Of a stretch of DNA of 64,000 bases, positions 18,756 through 28,257 are shown piece by piece. A model generated the notes under the pieces. It saw only the letters and a list, made by a program, of their open reading frames with translations. It searched no databases and was not told where the DNA came from. Position 1 is the stretch's first letter, and every line of letters begins with the position of its first letter. Where the stretch lies: contig JBLYPX010000001.1 of NCBI GenBank assembly GCA_048538235.1, positions 392,013-456,012 of the forward strand, read 5' to 3'. The position numbers were made by a program, and so were the translations under genes. The DNA is from Candidatus Komeilibacteria bacterium. GTDB taxonomy: Bacteria; Patescibacteriota; Patescibacteriia; UBA1558.

Positions 18756-19340
18756 TTATGGGGTTGTAACATACTGTCTTATTTCCTCACTATCATAGCC
18801 TTCATTTCTGAATTCCTCATAATATTTAATAACATTTGCTTTATCCCCCAATGCCATATAATCGTACATAATATCTAGATGAAATTGTTGAATCTGAACA
18901 CCAAACATATCGTAAAACTCTAAGTAAGTATCTATAGCCTTTTGGTACTCACCCATATCTTCATACACGTGAGCTAAATTAATTAAAGCAATATCTGATT
19001 TTTCATAATAATCAAATATACTTTTTAAAACTTCTACTGATTCTTCATATTTTCTTATATACTTAGCATTCCTGGCGTAGTCTACAAACAGAGTTATGTC
19101 TGGCTTATCCTCTTCTTTCATTCCTCCATCCCTATAAATACTAATTGCATTTTGCAAATCCTGTTTTGAGACAATATATTTTTCAATAAGTTCATTCGCC
19201 ATATCTTGACCACCTATCATTTGTACAACCTCATCGGTTAGTTCAGGATATGGATTTCTTGTTATCTGGTAAATATATACGCCAATAATTACTACTAGCA
19301 AAACAATAACCAAGATAATAATATTTTTTATATTTTTCAT
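18756..19340 (-). CDS. membrane-anchored tetratricopeptide-repeat protein
   Basis: N-terminal TM (IIILVIVLLVVIIGVYIY) followed by TPR-like helical repeats (AHVYEDMGEYQKAIDTYLEFY). Confidence 0.55.
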   Translation of the reverse strand: MKNIKNIIILVIVLLVVIIGVYIYQITRNPYPELTDEVVQMIGGQDMANELIEKYIVSKQDLQNAISIYRDGGMKEEDKPDITLFVDYARNAKYIRKYEESVEVLKSIFDYYEKSDIALINLAHVYEDMGEYQKAIDTYLEFYDMFGVQIQQFHLDIMYDYMALGDKANVIKYYEEFRNEGYDSEEIRQYVTTP

Positions 19341-20668
19341 AGTGAATCTACTTCATTATATTGATTAAAATATCTATCTGGAACAAGATTTATATTATTA
19401 TACCAATCTGTTCCATACAAATTAATTGCTTCATCTTCTGATTGTATCCACCTGATTTTCCAATCACTACCAACCTCATACACTTTGTTTGAGATAATCC
19501 TCTTTATTAAGCTACCTTCCTTCATAGGCATATCCTTACCTTCTGCATAGCTTGCCATGGTACTATCGTCTATTAATTCAACATTTGAAAAATCTGTATA
19601 GTATTGGTAAAAAATTGCCTCATTATAAAACCAATATCTTACACCATCTTTTAATAGATATACTCTTGGACTTGATTCCGTCTTAATTAATGTTCCTGAC
19701 CATTCAGATTGATCGACTTGTGGCACATCTGGCTCTGGCTCTGGAGTGATCTCTGGCTCTGGAGTGATCTCTGGCTCTACTAATGTTATTGTTATAACAT
19801 CAGAAATATCAGTATTATAACCCCAATCTGATACATATGTTTGTACATCGTAATCACCAGCACTCAATCCTGAAACAGCATAATTCCATGAATCATAATT
19901 AGTCTCTAAAGCTTCTGAATCAACCCAATTAGCAAGCACACCATGTGGCACCATTGAAACTTGTAAAAACTTCGTAGATCCTTGCATTCTATCTTTTGAA
20001 TAACCTTCAATAATAAACGGATCACTAATTTCATAAGTTCCACCATCAACTATATTTTTTATATTAACCTTAGGTGGTAAAATATCATTTGTTCTATTCT
20101 CTAATGTATATACTTGGCCACTAACAACTGAACCACCCACTGGCCCATTATTACCGGAGTTAAGGAAAATTCCCTTATCTCCAGGATCATAAACACTATT
20201 ACTATTAGCATCAGATAACGCATCTATTTCGAACTGAATCTTCCTATTTGTGTTAACTGTAGTTTTTGTTTCAATCGAAACATATATATGTAAGCCACCT
20301 ACCGGAACAATAGTATTTAAATCGGTGAATACCCATCGTCTTGAATCCACCCTTACTCCTTCGTTTAAAACATTATCAATTCTATACCCTTTCCATATAT
20401 TATCTCCATCATCTGACCATAATATAACCTTAAGAATATCGTCGTTATTTGCATCTCGTGTATTGTTTACAGTAATAGCATCTAAAACATCTGCATTTCC
20501 ATTATTATCTGGTATTAAAACATCTAATACAAGAATATCAAAATCTGTACTATACACTTTAGATTCGCTATAACTTAAATAATTTTCCAAATCGCTACCT
20601 TCAAAGGCTAAAGAAGGCATGCTAAAACTCATAAATATTATTACCAATAAAAATATTAACTTTTTCAT
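19337..20668 (-). CDS. secreted protein with PEPEITPEPE linker and C-terminal recurrent module
   Basis: Signal peptide. 4-nt overlap with the TPR gene. C-terminal RVYLLKDGVRYWFYN...VPDRYFNQY. Confidence 0.65.
   Translation of the reverse strand: MKKLIFLLVIIFMSFSMPSLAFEGSDLENYLSYSESKVYSTDFDILVLDVLIPDNNGNADVLDAITVNNTRDANNDDILKVILWSDDGDNIWKGYRIDNVLNEGVRVDSRRWVFTDLNTIVPVGGLHIYVSIETKTTVNTNRKIQFEIDALSDANSNSVYDPGDKGIFLNSGNNGPVGGSVVSGQVYTLENRTNDILPPKVNIKNIVDGGTYEISDPFIIEGYSKDRMQGSTKFLQVSMVPHGVLANWVDSEALETNYDSWNYAVSGLSAGDYDVQTYVSDWGYNTDISDVITITLVEPEITPEPEITPEPEPDVPQVDQSEWSGTLIKTESSPRVYLLKDGVRYWFYNEAIFYQYYTDFSNVELIDDSTMASYAEGKDMPMKEGSLIKRIISNKVYEVGSDWKIRWIQSEDEAINLYGTDWYNNINLVPDRYFNQYNEVDSL
19728..19778. 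repeat. 18-bp tandem repeat (CTCTGGCTCTGGAGTGAT, ~2.7 copies) encoding EITPEP linker
   Basis: Direct repeat visible at 19729-19778. Confidence 0.6.
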
Positions 20669-20731
20669 AAAAACATATCTAATAATTACGTATTTATTAT
20701 AGTTTAAAATTACTATTTGTTCAATAACAAA

Positions 20732-20757
20732 ACACGACCCCCGAGGGGGTCGTGTTT
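20732..20757. terminator. intrinsic terminator (ACACGACCCC-loop-GGGGTCGTGT) downstream of the 1338-aa gene
   Basis: 10-bp GC-rich stem. The minus strand shows a T-rich tract after the hairpin. Confidence 0.55.
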
Positions 20758-20806
20758 GTGATAATCAACTAGTGTTGAGAATCTATATCAGTTCAATAAG
20801 ATCTGA

Positions 20807-23800
20807 TTATTTTGTGAATACACCACCATCGAATGAGCTGGTTGTACCCATATCAACCCAAGTGATATTTGCTGAATTGCTATCATCCCAATCCAAATCA
20901 CCTGCTGTTGAAACAGCGCCTAGAGAAGCAATATAAAGTTGTAGAGCATCATCAGTATCTACATCTCCATAAGTCTTAATCTTAACTGTATATTCTTCAC
21001 CACCTGCAGCAATAGCTTCATTAAGTCTATTGCCTGAACTATAAGCACCATTCTTTGCTGTTACAGAAGCAGCGTCAAATCTAACGAAGTCTGTACCTAC
21101 ACAAAGTTGTTCATCTGTTCCTGTAGCTCCGCAAGTACCAGGTGTATCTAGCGTACCATCAGCAGTAACTAATTGTGAAATTAATGTACCAGCACCATTA
21201 TAAAGTGCCATATCACCAATCCACCAATCAGTAGCAACTGTAGCACCAATACCTGTTGATTGCTTTAGAGCAACCTTAACACTGTTCAATACAGCGTCTT
21301 CAGTAGCTGAAGCGTTAGGAATAAGTTTGAACTTAAATACCTCAGTAAATCCTGCCCAAGCAGCTAAACTACCTGAAGGTACACTTGCAGCACTACCAAT
21401 TGAAAGTTTGTTTCCATAAACCTTAAAGTCGTTACCCTCAATTGATCTAGCAACGTAAACATCTGTAGCGTTTGCATGAGCGGCTGCTACAGTACCGTTA
21501 TAACCACGTACAACGATTGCTATAGTATCGCCAGTATCCCATGAAGATACATACATTTGTTCACTTTCAAGCTTGATAATATCACCAGCATTTATTCCAC
21601 TACCAGTTTCAATAGTTAAATCTGTCTCAGAACTGTCGAAACCAGCTTCGTTTAGATTCTTTGCTGAATCTGTGAATGCAAATCCATCAGAAGTTGAACC
21701 TGATTTAGGATCAATTTCAGATGTTGCACCCCAAGTTTCAAGGTCAATTAATACACCAGCTAAAGTAGCGCCTGAATCAGCACCAGCTGTAATTGAGTTT
21801 AGATCAACCTTAAGTGTTAAGTATCTTGCGTTGCTTGTACCTGCAGTAACTACGAAGTTATTACTTGTAATATCAAACTCAGTGTAACCACCAGCAAAAC
21901 TATATGTTTCAGCTAACTTAGTAGCACCTTCATATAATGCTAGTTTTACAATTTCGTCTGAACCGCCAGTACCAGTTGAAAGACCTACACGGAATTTCTT
22001 AACTTGTACATTTTCATTAGCAGCAACTAATTTCCATTTAGCTAATGCTTGATCTGTACCACCTGTAATCAATTGAGCAGATACAGGAGTATCACTAGCA
22101 GCTGTTACAGTCATTGTACCAGTACCAATGGTCATCTTTGTAGCTAGGTCATAGTTGATTTCAGCAGCAGTACTACCGTCAGCGATTGTTGTACCAGCTG
22201 AGTTTGTACCACTATAGGTATTGTTATTAGCAGTACCTTCTGATGAAATGATTGTGAAATACAATCCATCAGTTCCAGATACAAAGTCAGAATCATTCAT
22301 TGCTGATGCAATATCACCACGTAAAATGTACTTTGAACCATTTGAATTAATGTCTAAAGCAAGACCAGTAAATTCATACTCTTTAGATGAGTTTAGATTT
22401 ACCGGACCAGCAACAACATTGCCATTAACATCAACAATCTCTAAGCTTTGAACGTCATTTTGACCAGCTGTAAATACAGCTCCGCCACTAGCGTCATCGG
22501 CATTCAATTGGAATTTAATCTTATTAACCACAACATTTGTAGTGTTGTTTGACTTAATATCGAATCCTAAGAATTCAACATTTTGTGCACCTAACACCTT
22601 AGTTGCAGTAATAGGAGTTGCTGATTTATAGATCTTATAACCAGGAGTTATAACAGTCATATTATTACCAGCTGCAGAACCTGTACCAGTAACAGATGTA
22701 CCGTCAGCTTCAGTTGAACCAGTAATTGTACTACCAGTCAAAGTTGCTTTGATAATTGTACTTGTATCAGAGTCTTGTAAATCTTTTACATCAATTTCTA
22801 CACGGAATGGAACAATTCCACTAACTGTAAAGGAATCAGTGAAAGCTTTTGTAATGCTTGTTTGACTAGCAGATGTTGAAATATCTGCTGCTGAAGCTTC
22901 TGAAACCAAAATATCGTTAATATACACTCTCAAATTATCAAATTCCTGTGCATCAGTCTCTGTTGCTACAGTTCCAGCGTCATCAGCTGAAAAATCCATA
23001 TCTGTACCAGTTAAGGTTATAGATAGTCCATCAGCATTAACAGCGCCTTTTTCAGCTCTAATATTACCTCTCAATAATACAATTGTAGAATTTTGATTTA
23101 CGTCAGCTGCAACAGGGTTAACACTAGTGTCAACAGCAACAGATAGATCAGAAGCGCCTAGAGTAACATACTCATTAGCATCTGTATATGAATCAGCAAC
23201 GTCAGCATGATACATATTTGTACCACCATAGATTGCAACATCATACATACCCTCAACACTTAAGTTAAGAGTTCTACCAGCACCATCAGCTACATCAGCC
23301 TTAACATAGAACCATTCATACTTACTTGTACCAGCTTCAACTTCAAAAGGAGTAGACAAAGTGAAACGTAAGTAGTTATCACTACCCATTTCAACTGGAC
23401 CAGCAACCATGTTGCCAGAGTTGTCATATAATCTGAAGTTTGTGAAGTCGTCTGTATAAGCACGAGTTGTTCCACTCTTTGTAATGCTCTTGAATGTAAT
23501 AGCTTTAAAGATAGCTGTTTCGTTTGATTCATCGTTATCAACTTTGAATTTAGCGACAACTACATCAGAATCACCAACATTAGCTGCATTACCAATTGTA
23601 GCAGATTCTAAAGTAACATCTGGAGCTTCAATTGTTGAGTGAGTCATTGTGTTACCAGTAACTGGTAAGCCAGACACTGCTGAAGTTGTTGTAACCTCTG
23701 CAACACCAAGTGCGTTCAAGTTTCCTGAACCACCTGTTGACATAGATGCCCAAATCTCAAAAGACTTAGTAGAACCATCTGCAATAACAACTTTACTTGT

Positions 23801-24823
23801 ATCAGCTGAGAACAATAAATTTGCCTCATCTGCACTATTTAAAGATTTTACAGAACCACGTCTAATACCATCTACAACTAACCAAACTTTATCAAAGTCT
23901 GAATAAGCACCTAAACCAGATCTAGTAACTTTCATGCCAGTAACAGTAACTGCACCATCAGAAGCGGTGAAGTTAAACTTACCAAACATAATACCGTCAC
24001 TTGAAGCAACAGTAGTTGAAGATGCTGGTGAATCAGATGCCTTAGCTACGGTTAAACCGCCAGCTAATTCTGCTGGAGGAGTAGTAGAACCAATAGAACC
24101 ACCTTGTGCTACATCCATGAGAGAGCTCTCCGCGCCACTAATTGAAGTACCATCTGAATAGGCACTTAAATCTGATACTGTTAACACATAATCAGCATCA
24201 AAACCGTTAGAGGTTAGATCGTCCATGGATGCGAATGGTCTTTTGCTCATTCCATCAATGTAATAGATGGTATCACTACCTTCCATTTGTACTAATGAAC
24301 CATTAGGAACATCAGTAGCTGAAGCTAAATCACTACCTACTGAGTAGTTAGGGAAGAAAACTTCATTTACGTCGTTCACTCTTGAAGCCCAGTCTGCGCC
24401 GAATAAACCAGCAGCGATTTCCTCAGATGGAATCCATCTTAGGTTACCACTTGGCTCAACAGCATAAACTTTAGCTGTATTTGGATGAGTGATCAACTTT
24501 GTTCCAGGACGGTATAAAACCATTCCACCATCAGAATAGTTATCTAGTTCTGCAACAGTTACTAACTGTACATTACTAAAATCACTATACCATGAGAAAT
24601 ATGTTTTAGCGTCTGGAAAAACATACTTTGTAGTACCGTCGATGTAATACACTGCATCTGAGTTAGGACCCTTTACAAGATCACCAGTCTCAATTGCGAA
24701 TGAAGGCATAGCAAAACCAAGACCAAAAGTGGCGATAGTTGCTATAGCGACAGCGACAACAAAGATATTCTTTGTTAAATTTGTCATTTTTTTTCTTAAT
24801 CTCCTACTTACTAGCCGCAGCAC
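20807..24823 (-). CDS. giant (1338 aa) cell-surface protein: signal anchor, three N-terminal copies of the recurrent module, long Thr/Ser/Gly/Ala/Asp-rich Ig-like repeat region
   Basis: N-terminal TM/signal (IFVVAVAIATIATFGLGFAMPSFA). Low-complexity beta-rich composition and locally higher GC. SD AGGAG lies 8 nt upstream of the ATG. Confidence 0.8.
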   Translation of the reverse strand: MLRLVSRRLRKKMTNLTKNIFVVAVAIATIATFGLGFAMPSFAIETGDLVKGPNSDAVYYIDGTTKYVFPDAKTYFSWYSDFSNVQLVTVAELDNYSDGGMVLYRPGTKLITHPNTAKVYAVEPSGNLRWIPSEEIAAGLFGADWASRVNDVNEVFFPNYSVGSDLASATDVPNGSLVQMEGSDTIYYIDGMSKRPFASMDDLTSNGFDADYVLTVSDLSAYSDGTSISGAESSLMDVAQGGSIGSTTPPAELAGGLTVAKASDSPASSTTVASSDGIMFGKFNFTASDGAVTVTGMKVTRSGLGAYSDFDKVWLVVDGIRRGSVKSLNSADEANLLFSADTSKVVIADGSTKSFEIWASMSTGGSGNLNALGVAEVTTTSAVSGLPVTGNTMTHSTIEAPDVTLESATIGNAANVGDSDVVVAKFKVDNDESNETAIFKAITFKSITKSGTTRAYTDDFTNFRLYDNSGNMVAGPVEMGSDNYLRFTLSTPFEVEAGTSKYEWFYVKADVADGAGRTLNLSVEGMYDVAIYGGTNMYHADVADSYTDANEYVTLGASDLSVAVDTSVNPVAADVNQNSTIVLLRGNIRAEKGAVNADGLSITLTGTDMDFSADDAGTVATETDAQEFDNLRVYINDILVSEASAADISTSASQTSITKAFTDSFTVSGIVPFRVEIDVKDLQDSDTSTIIKATLTGSTITGSTEADGTSVTGTGSAAGNNMTVITPGYKIYKSATPITATKVLGAQNVEFLGFDIKSNNTTNVVVNKIKFQLNADDASGGAVFTAGQNDVQSLEIVDVNGNVVAGPVNLNSSKEYEFTGLALDINSNGSKYILRGDIASAMNDSDFVSGTDGLYFTIISSEGTANNNTYSGTNSAGTTIADGSTAAEINYDLATKMTIGTGTMTVTAASDTPVSAQLITGGTDQALAKWKLVAANENVQVKKFRVGLSTGTGGSDEIVKLALYEGATKLAETYSFAGGYTEFDITSNNFVVTAGTSNARYLTLKVDLNSITAGADSGATLAGVLIDLETWGATSEIDPKSGSTSDGFAFTDSAKNLNEAGFDSSETDLTIETGSGINAGDIIKLESEQMYVSSWDTGDTIAIVVRGYNGTVAAAHANATDVYVARSIEGNDFKVYGNKLSIGSAASVPSGSLAAWAGFTEVFKFKLIPNASATEDAVLNSVKVALKQSTGIGATVATDWWIGDMALYNGAGTLISQLVTADGTLDTPGTCGATGTDEQLCVGTDFVRFDAASVTAKNGAYSSGNRLNEAIAAGGEEYTVKIKTYGDVDTDDALQLYIASLGAVSTAGDLDWDDSNSANITWVDMGTTSSFDGGVFTK

Positions 24824-25077
24824 TTCCTAATATCTAGAGTAATACTCTATAAAGAGTAACTTGCTGAAAATAATTTTACCCACGAGATTTTCGCCTCGAC
24901 CTTTGATAAAAGAATTAACAGTGCTCTGTCAATTAGTGATTGAAATGCAAATCACCTAATAAGTGTTTATAACAAGAACCTATTAATTTAGGTTGTTGCT
25001 TGTTAATAATACTAATCTGTTATAAATAACAGATTGCTGTAGATATACCTTAGATATACCTACAGCAATCCACTATA

Positions 25078-26031
25078 TTATTCTATTGAATTTTCAATGT
25101 TAACTGAGTCTATAGCTGACTGAACTTCAACCACTATTCTTTTAGCTTGAGATAGAATGTCAAAAGCTGTCTTAAAATCCCCTTCACTGTATAGTTGTTC
25201 AGCCTGTGCAAGTAGCTTAGAAGCTTGTCTTACCTGTTCAAATACATATGTATCTGATGCTAACTCATCTATAGTTGGTACAAGTTCTGAAATTGCCAAT
25301 ACTTGCTCTTGAACAATACTCATTGTTTTAGCTACTGTTTCATCGGCTGTAATATCGTCATTCTCATATAGATCAATTAAAGTACTTAGTGCTTTATCTT
25401 CTACATTAGTTGTTGATGTTAACACTTCGTCTAAGATCTCTTTAGTAGTATCTGTATTAATTTGTTCTTTAGCATCACTTAAAGCAGAAATTGCTGCTGT
25501 TGCATTCTCACTAATATTCAGTGCTAGCTCATCAAGCTCTGTTCCATCTTTAGCTTTAGCTAAATCTAATGATGTAGCAGCGGCTGCTAAATCTTGTTCT
25601 AGTCTTTTTAAAGTATCGTGTAAATCTGCCTCATCTGAACCTGCCTCTTTAATCTTTGCAAGGTCTACTAATCTACGTTGTGCATGTTTGTTATATACAG
25701 CTGCTTCCTGTTCTGGAGATGATGCAAGCATTAGCTCTACCTTTTCAATAACAATACGTCCTGGATAAAGGACGCTGGTTGGTAAAGAAGCTTTAGCCAT
25801 AACTGATGTTGAGAAACCTGTAACAACTAATAATAAAATAACCATGACTCTGGCAGGAGCATAGACTAAATGATCAAGACCTATATTAAACGTAAGACCT
25901 AATCTTTTACCAAATGAAACATCGTCTGTTTCAATCTGTGACATTAATCTTTCACGATTAGAAATTACCCAAGCTTCATCTGGGGTATCTCCTTTTAACT
26001 TATGTAATTGTGATTCAATGTTGTGTGACAT
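25078..26031 (-). CDS. putative membrane-spanning anti-sigma factor (single TM, acidic helical extracytoplasmic domain)
   Basis: Start overlaps the stop of the ECF sigma gene (ATGA at 26031). One TM (VMVILLLVVTGFSTSVMA). Assignment is by position only. Confidence 0.5.
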   Translation of the reverse strand: MSHNIESQLHKLKGDTPDEAWVISNRERLMSQIETDDVSFGKRLGLTFNIGLDHLVYAPARVMVILLLVVTGFSTSVMAKASLPTSVLYPGRIVIEKVELMLASSPEQEAAVYNKHAQRRLVDLAKIKEAGSDEADLHDTLKRLEQDLAAAATSLDLAKAKDGTELDELALNISENATAAISALSDAKEQINTDTTKEILDEVLTSTTNVEDKALSTLIDLYENDDITADETVAKTMSIVQEQVLAISELVPTIDELASDTYVFEQVRQASKLLAQAEQLYSEGDFKTAFDILSQAKRIVVEVQSAIDSVNIENSIE

Positions 26032-26579
26032 TAATCTAAATTATAATCTTTCAAAATTTTCTTAAGCTCAGCAAGAGCTCTATGAGTTAGTGTTCTGACA
26101 TTGCCATTAGACTTATCTACTATCTTGGCAATTTCAGAAATTGATAATTCTTCTATATACCTTAGTACTACAACTTCTCTATACTCTTCCTTAAGTTTCA
26201 TCACAGCTGGCCTTAATAGTTCATTATCTATTTTGCTGTGAATCTTTTCATCTATATGTACAGCTTGTGAATCAAGCTCAAACTCTAGTGGTACTTCAGT
26301 ATTATATTTTGATCTATAGTGATCTATTATTAAATTACGGGCTATCTGGTAAAGCAATGCTTGAACTGATTGTATTGGTCCGCCTTGAGCTATTTTTTCC
26401 CATAGCTTTAGAAAACTCTGTGACGCAATATCTTCTGCAAGTTCTTTACTAGATGTTTTGTAAAACGCAAAGCGATATATCTTATTTATATACTTATTGT
26501 ATAAAGTCCCAAAAGCTTCCTTATTACCTAAGCGAGACTTTAAAACTAGTACTTTATCTGTTAATTTATCGCTAGACAT
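26031..26579 (-). CDS. ECF-type sigma-70 family RNA polymerase sigma factor
   Basis: Region 2 (LYQIARNLIIDHYR) and region 4 HTH (LSISEIAKIVDKSNGNVRTLTHRALAELK) of ECF sigma factors. 182 aa. Confidence 0.8.
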   Translation of the reverse strand: MSSDKLTDKVLVLKSRLGNKEAFGTLYNKYINKIYRFAFYKTSSKELAEDIASQSFLKLWEKIAQGGPIQSVQALLYQIARNLIIDHYRSKYNTEVPLEFELDSQAVHIDEKIHSKIDNELLRPAVMKLKEEYREVVVLRYIEELSISEIAKIVDKSNGNVRTLTHRALAELKKILKDYNLD

Positions 26580-26745
26580 TAAATAAGACGAATGATTAAT
26601 AGTATTGTTACAGTCATTTATACCTGTTTATTACAATGTGTCATATTATAATAAAAAATAGTAGAAAAATCCACTAATTTTCGGTACTTTTTGTTAATAT
26701 CTTAAGACATCTTAAGAATACGTATATTAGCAAAAATAGGTTTTT

Positions 26746-26775
26746 TTGTCAATAATAGCCAAAGTAGTGTATAAT
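26746..26775 (+). promoter_or_regulatory. sigma70-like promoter (TTGTCA-18nt-TATAAT) for the HTH gene
   Basis: -35 at 26746-26751 and a perfect -10 TATAAT at 26770-26775, about 35 nt upstream of the ATG at 26811. Confidence 0.45.
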
Positions 26776-26781
26776 AAGGTC

Positions 26782-26793
26782 TAGAATATTCTA
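26782..26793. promoter_or_regulatory. perfect 12-bp palindrome TAGAATATTCTA at the predicted transcription start (candidate operator)
   Basis: Seen directly. Located between the -10 and the start codon of the HTH gene. Confidence 0.3.
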
Positions 26794-26810
26794 TACTTTA
26801 TTACTATTTT

Positions 26811-27104
26811 ATGATAAGAATCTCTATTTCAGAGGCTTCTCGCCTATTCGGCGTATCTACTAAAACAATACGCCTAGCTATTAAAAACCAGGAAATCAAA
26901 TACGTAGTTGTACGTGGTAGATACAAACTATTATTTGATTCTGTATTAAAATGGTCACAAACAGGTACTAGAAGAAAAAACAAGCTTAGTAATGAAGGAA
27001 TTGGACAATATGTAGATAAGTGGAAAATATCTAACAGAAAGTTTTCCCCAAATCCTAAAACTATACAGACAGATGAGAAAGGAAGATATTATATTAAAAA
27101 ATAG
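26811..27104 (+). CDS. small helix-turn-helix DNA-binding protein (MerR/excisionase-like HTH)
   Basis: ISEASRLFGVSTKTIRLAIKNQEI is a typical HTH. Basic C-terminus. Confidence 0.5.
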   Translation: MIRISISEASRLFGVSTKTIRLAIKNQEIKYVVVRGRYKLLFDSVLKWSQTGTRRKNKLSNEGIGQYVDKWKISNRKFSPNPKTIQTDEKGRYYIKK

Positions 27105-27195
27105 CTTGACAGGATTAATAAATAATATATATACTCTAAATGTACCTATGAAGCGAAAGCTTTATACAGTCATTTAAAACTGTAAGTAGGTACAT

Positions 27196-27224
27196 AAAAA
27201 ATTCTGGGTCGCAGAATTTTTTTG
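27196..27224 (+). terminator. intrinsic terminator (AAATTCTG-GGTCG-CAGAATTT + T-run)
   Basis: 8-bp stem at 27199-27219 followed by TTTTTTTG. Confidence 0.55.
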
Positions 27225-27242
27225 TTTGAATAAATTAAATAT

Positions 27243-27623
27243 ATGACCTCTTTTAAAAAATTACTAAAGGAAAATCATTTGTGGTATAAAAAGATAGGTA
27301 AGGTATATTGCCCCATTTTAAATGAGCGTATTATCTTTAACTCTAAAGGATTTTATCATCTTAGATATAAATCAAGTGGTGGCGCTAGATCTATTAATGA
27401 ACAAATGTATAAAATTGGATTACTACCACTTGTCATTCCTGTTATAAAACGCGCCACATATATACATGAGTATAAGAAAAAAAGATATTCTAAGGCTATA
27501 AACAAATACTTTGAAATTTGGGAACTACGAGCAAAAGTGGGTAAACAAAAATCAGAAATAGCAGTGGTTTTAAGAAGGGTGGGTAATGGAAATATTACAT
27601 TCTTTAGTGTGTGGAAAAATTAA
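27243..27623 (+). CDS. hypothetical basic protein (126 aa)
   Basis: ORF with flanking terminators on both sides. No recognised motif. Confidence 0.45.
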   Translation: MTSFKKLLKENHLWYKKIGKVYCPILNERIIFNSKGFYHLRYKSSGGARSINEQMYKIGLLPLVIPVIKRATYIHEYKKKRYSKAINKYFEIWELRAKVGKQKSEIAVVLRRVGNGNITFFSVWKN

Positions 27624-27625
27624 AT

Positions 27626-27654
27626 AAAAAATCTCCAAAAATGGAGATTTTTTA
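27626..27654 (+). terminator. intrinsic terminator (AAAATCTCCA-AAAA-TGGAGATTTT + T6)
   Basis: Perfect 10-bp stem immediately after the stop of the 27243 gene. Confidence 0.6.
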
Positions 27655-27772
27655 CATACTCGCTTTCAGCGTGAGGAATTCCTTTAGCCGAATAAAGCTT
27701 TCACTTCACGAGTATGTTTATAGTATACATCTTTTAAAACTTTTGTCAATATTACATACTAATAAAAAGTAA

Positions 27773-27800
27773 AAGAGACGGATTATCCGTCTCTTTTTTA
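27773..27800. terminator. bidirectional terminator-like hairpin (AGAGACGG-ATTA-TCCGTCTCT) with T-runs on both strands
   Basis: Sits at the 3' end of the minus-strand 78-aa ORF (stop at 27802). Confidence 0.5.
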
Positions 27801-27801
27801 A

Positions 27802-28038
27802 TTAATTCACAGGCATGTCTTCAGCCTGCTGTATAACGCTTCTGAAAAGCTTTCGCTTGTCGCTCAATTGCTGATTTAGTTGATGCAGCTGTCTCGCTGT
27901 CTCCCTATACTCAGGACAACAGCGAGCCTCAGCGCGCGTTTTACTTCCTCGCAATTGATTCAATTTCGTATGCAGTCCTGCAACTAGATTAGCAATGTCG
28001 TCTACATCATGTGGGTCTACTCCGGCATATGTTTTCAT
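27802..28038 (-). CDS. small hypothetical protein (78 aa) encoded in a ~48% GC insert with GC-rich codon usage
   Basis: Strong SD (AAGGAG, 5-nt spacing). Codons GCC/GAC/CTG dominate, unlike the neighbouring genes. No recognised motif. Confidence 0.45.
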   Translation of the reverse strand: MKTYAGVDPHDVDDIANLVAGLHTKLNQLRGSKTRAEARCCPEYRETARQLHQLNQQLSDKRKLFRSVIQQAEDMPVN

Positions 28039-28257
28039 ACGCTCTCCTTTTCAGTTTTGGGTGTACAATTTTAAAACCAGTCCTTCGTATGACTGGTTTT
28101 CTCTTCTCTATGAATAAATACCAGTCGTCAGATCTTAATAGGAATAATAACAAAAGTCAAATTTAGAATTGACTTAAGACCCATTAGATTGACGACGACA
28201 TTATTCATATATTTATGATAAACATAAATAAATTATTATGCAAGTGTGGAAATATAA

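Noticed and set aside
24824-25077. Possible sigma70 or ECF promoter for the giant surface-protein gene
   Set aside because: Candidate hexamers (TTGACA...TTATCA; TGGGTAAAAT extended -10) are present on the minus strand. None is convincing, and the positions relative to the ATG are ambiguous. It is mentioned only inside the ECF finding.
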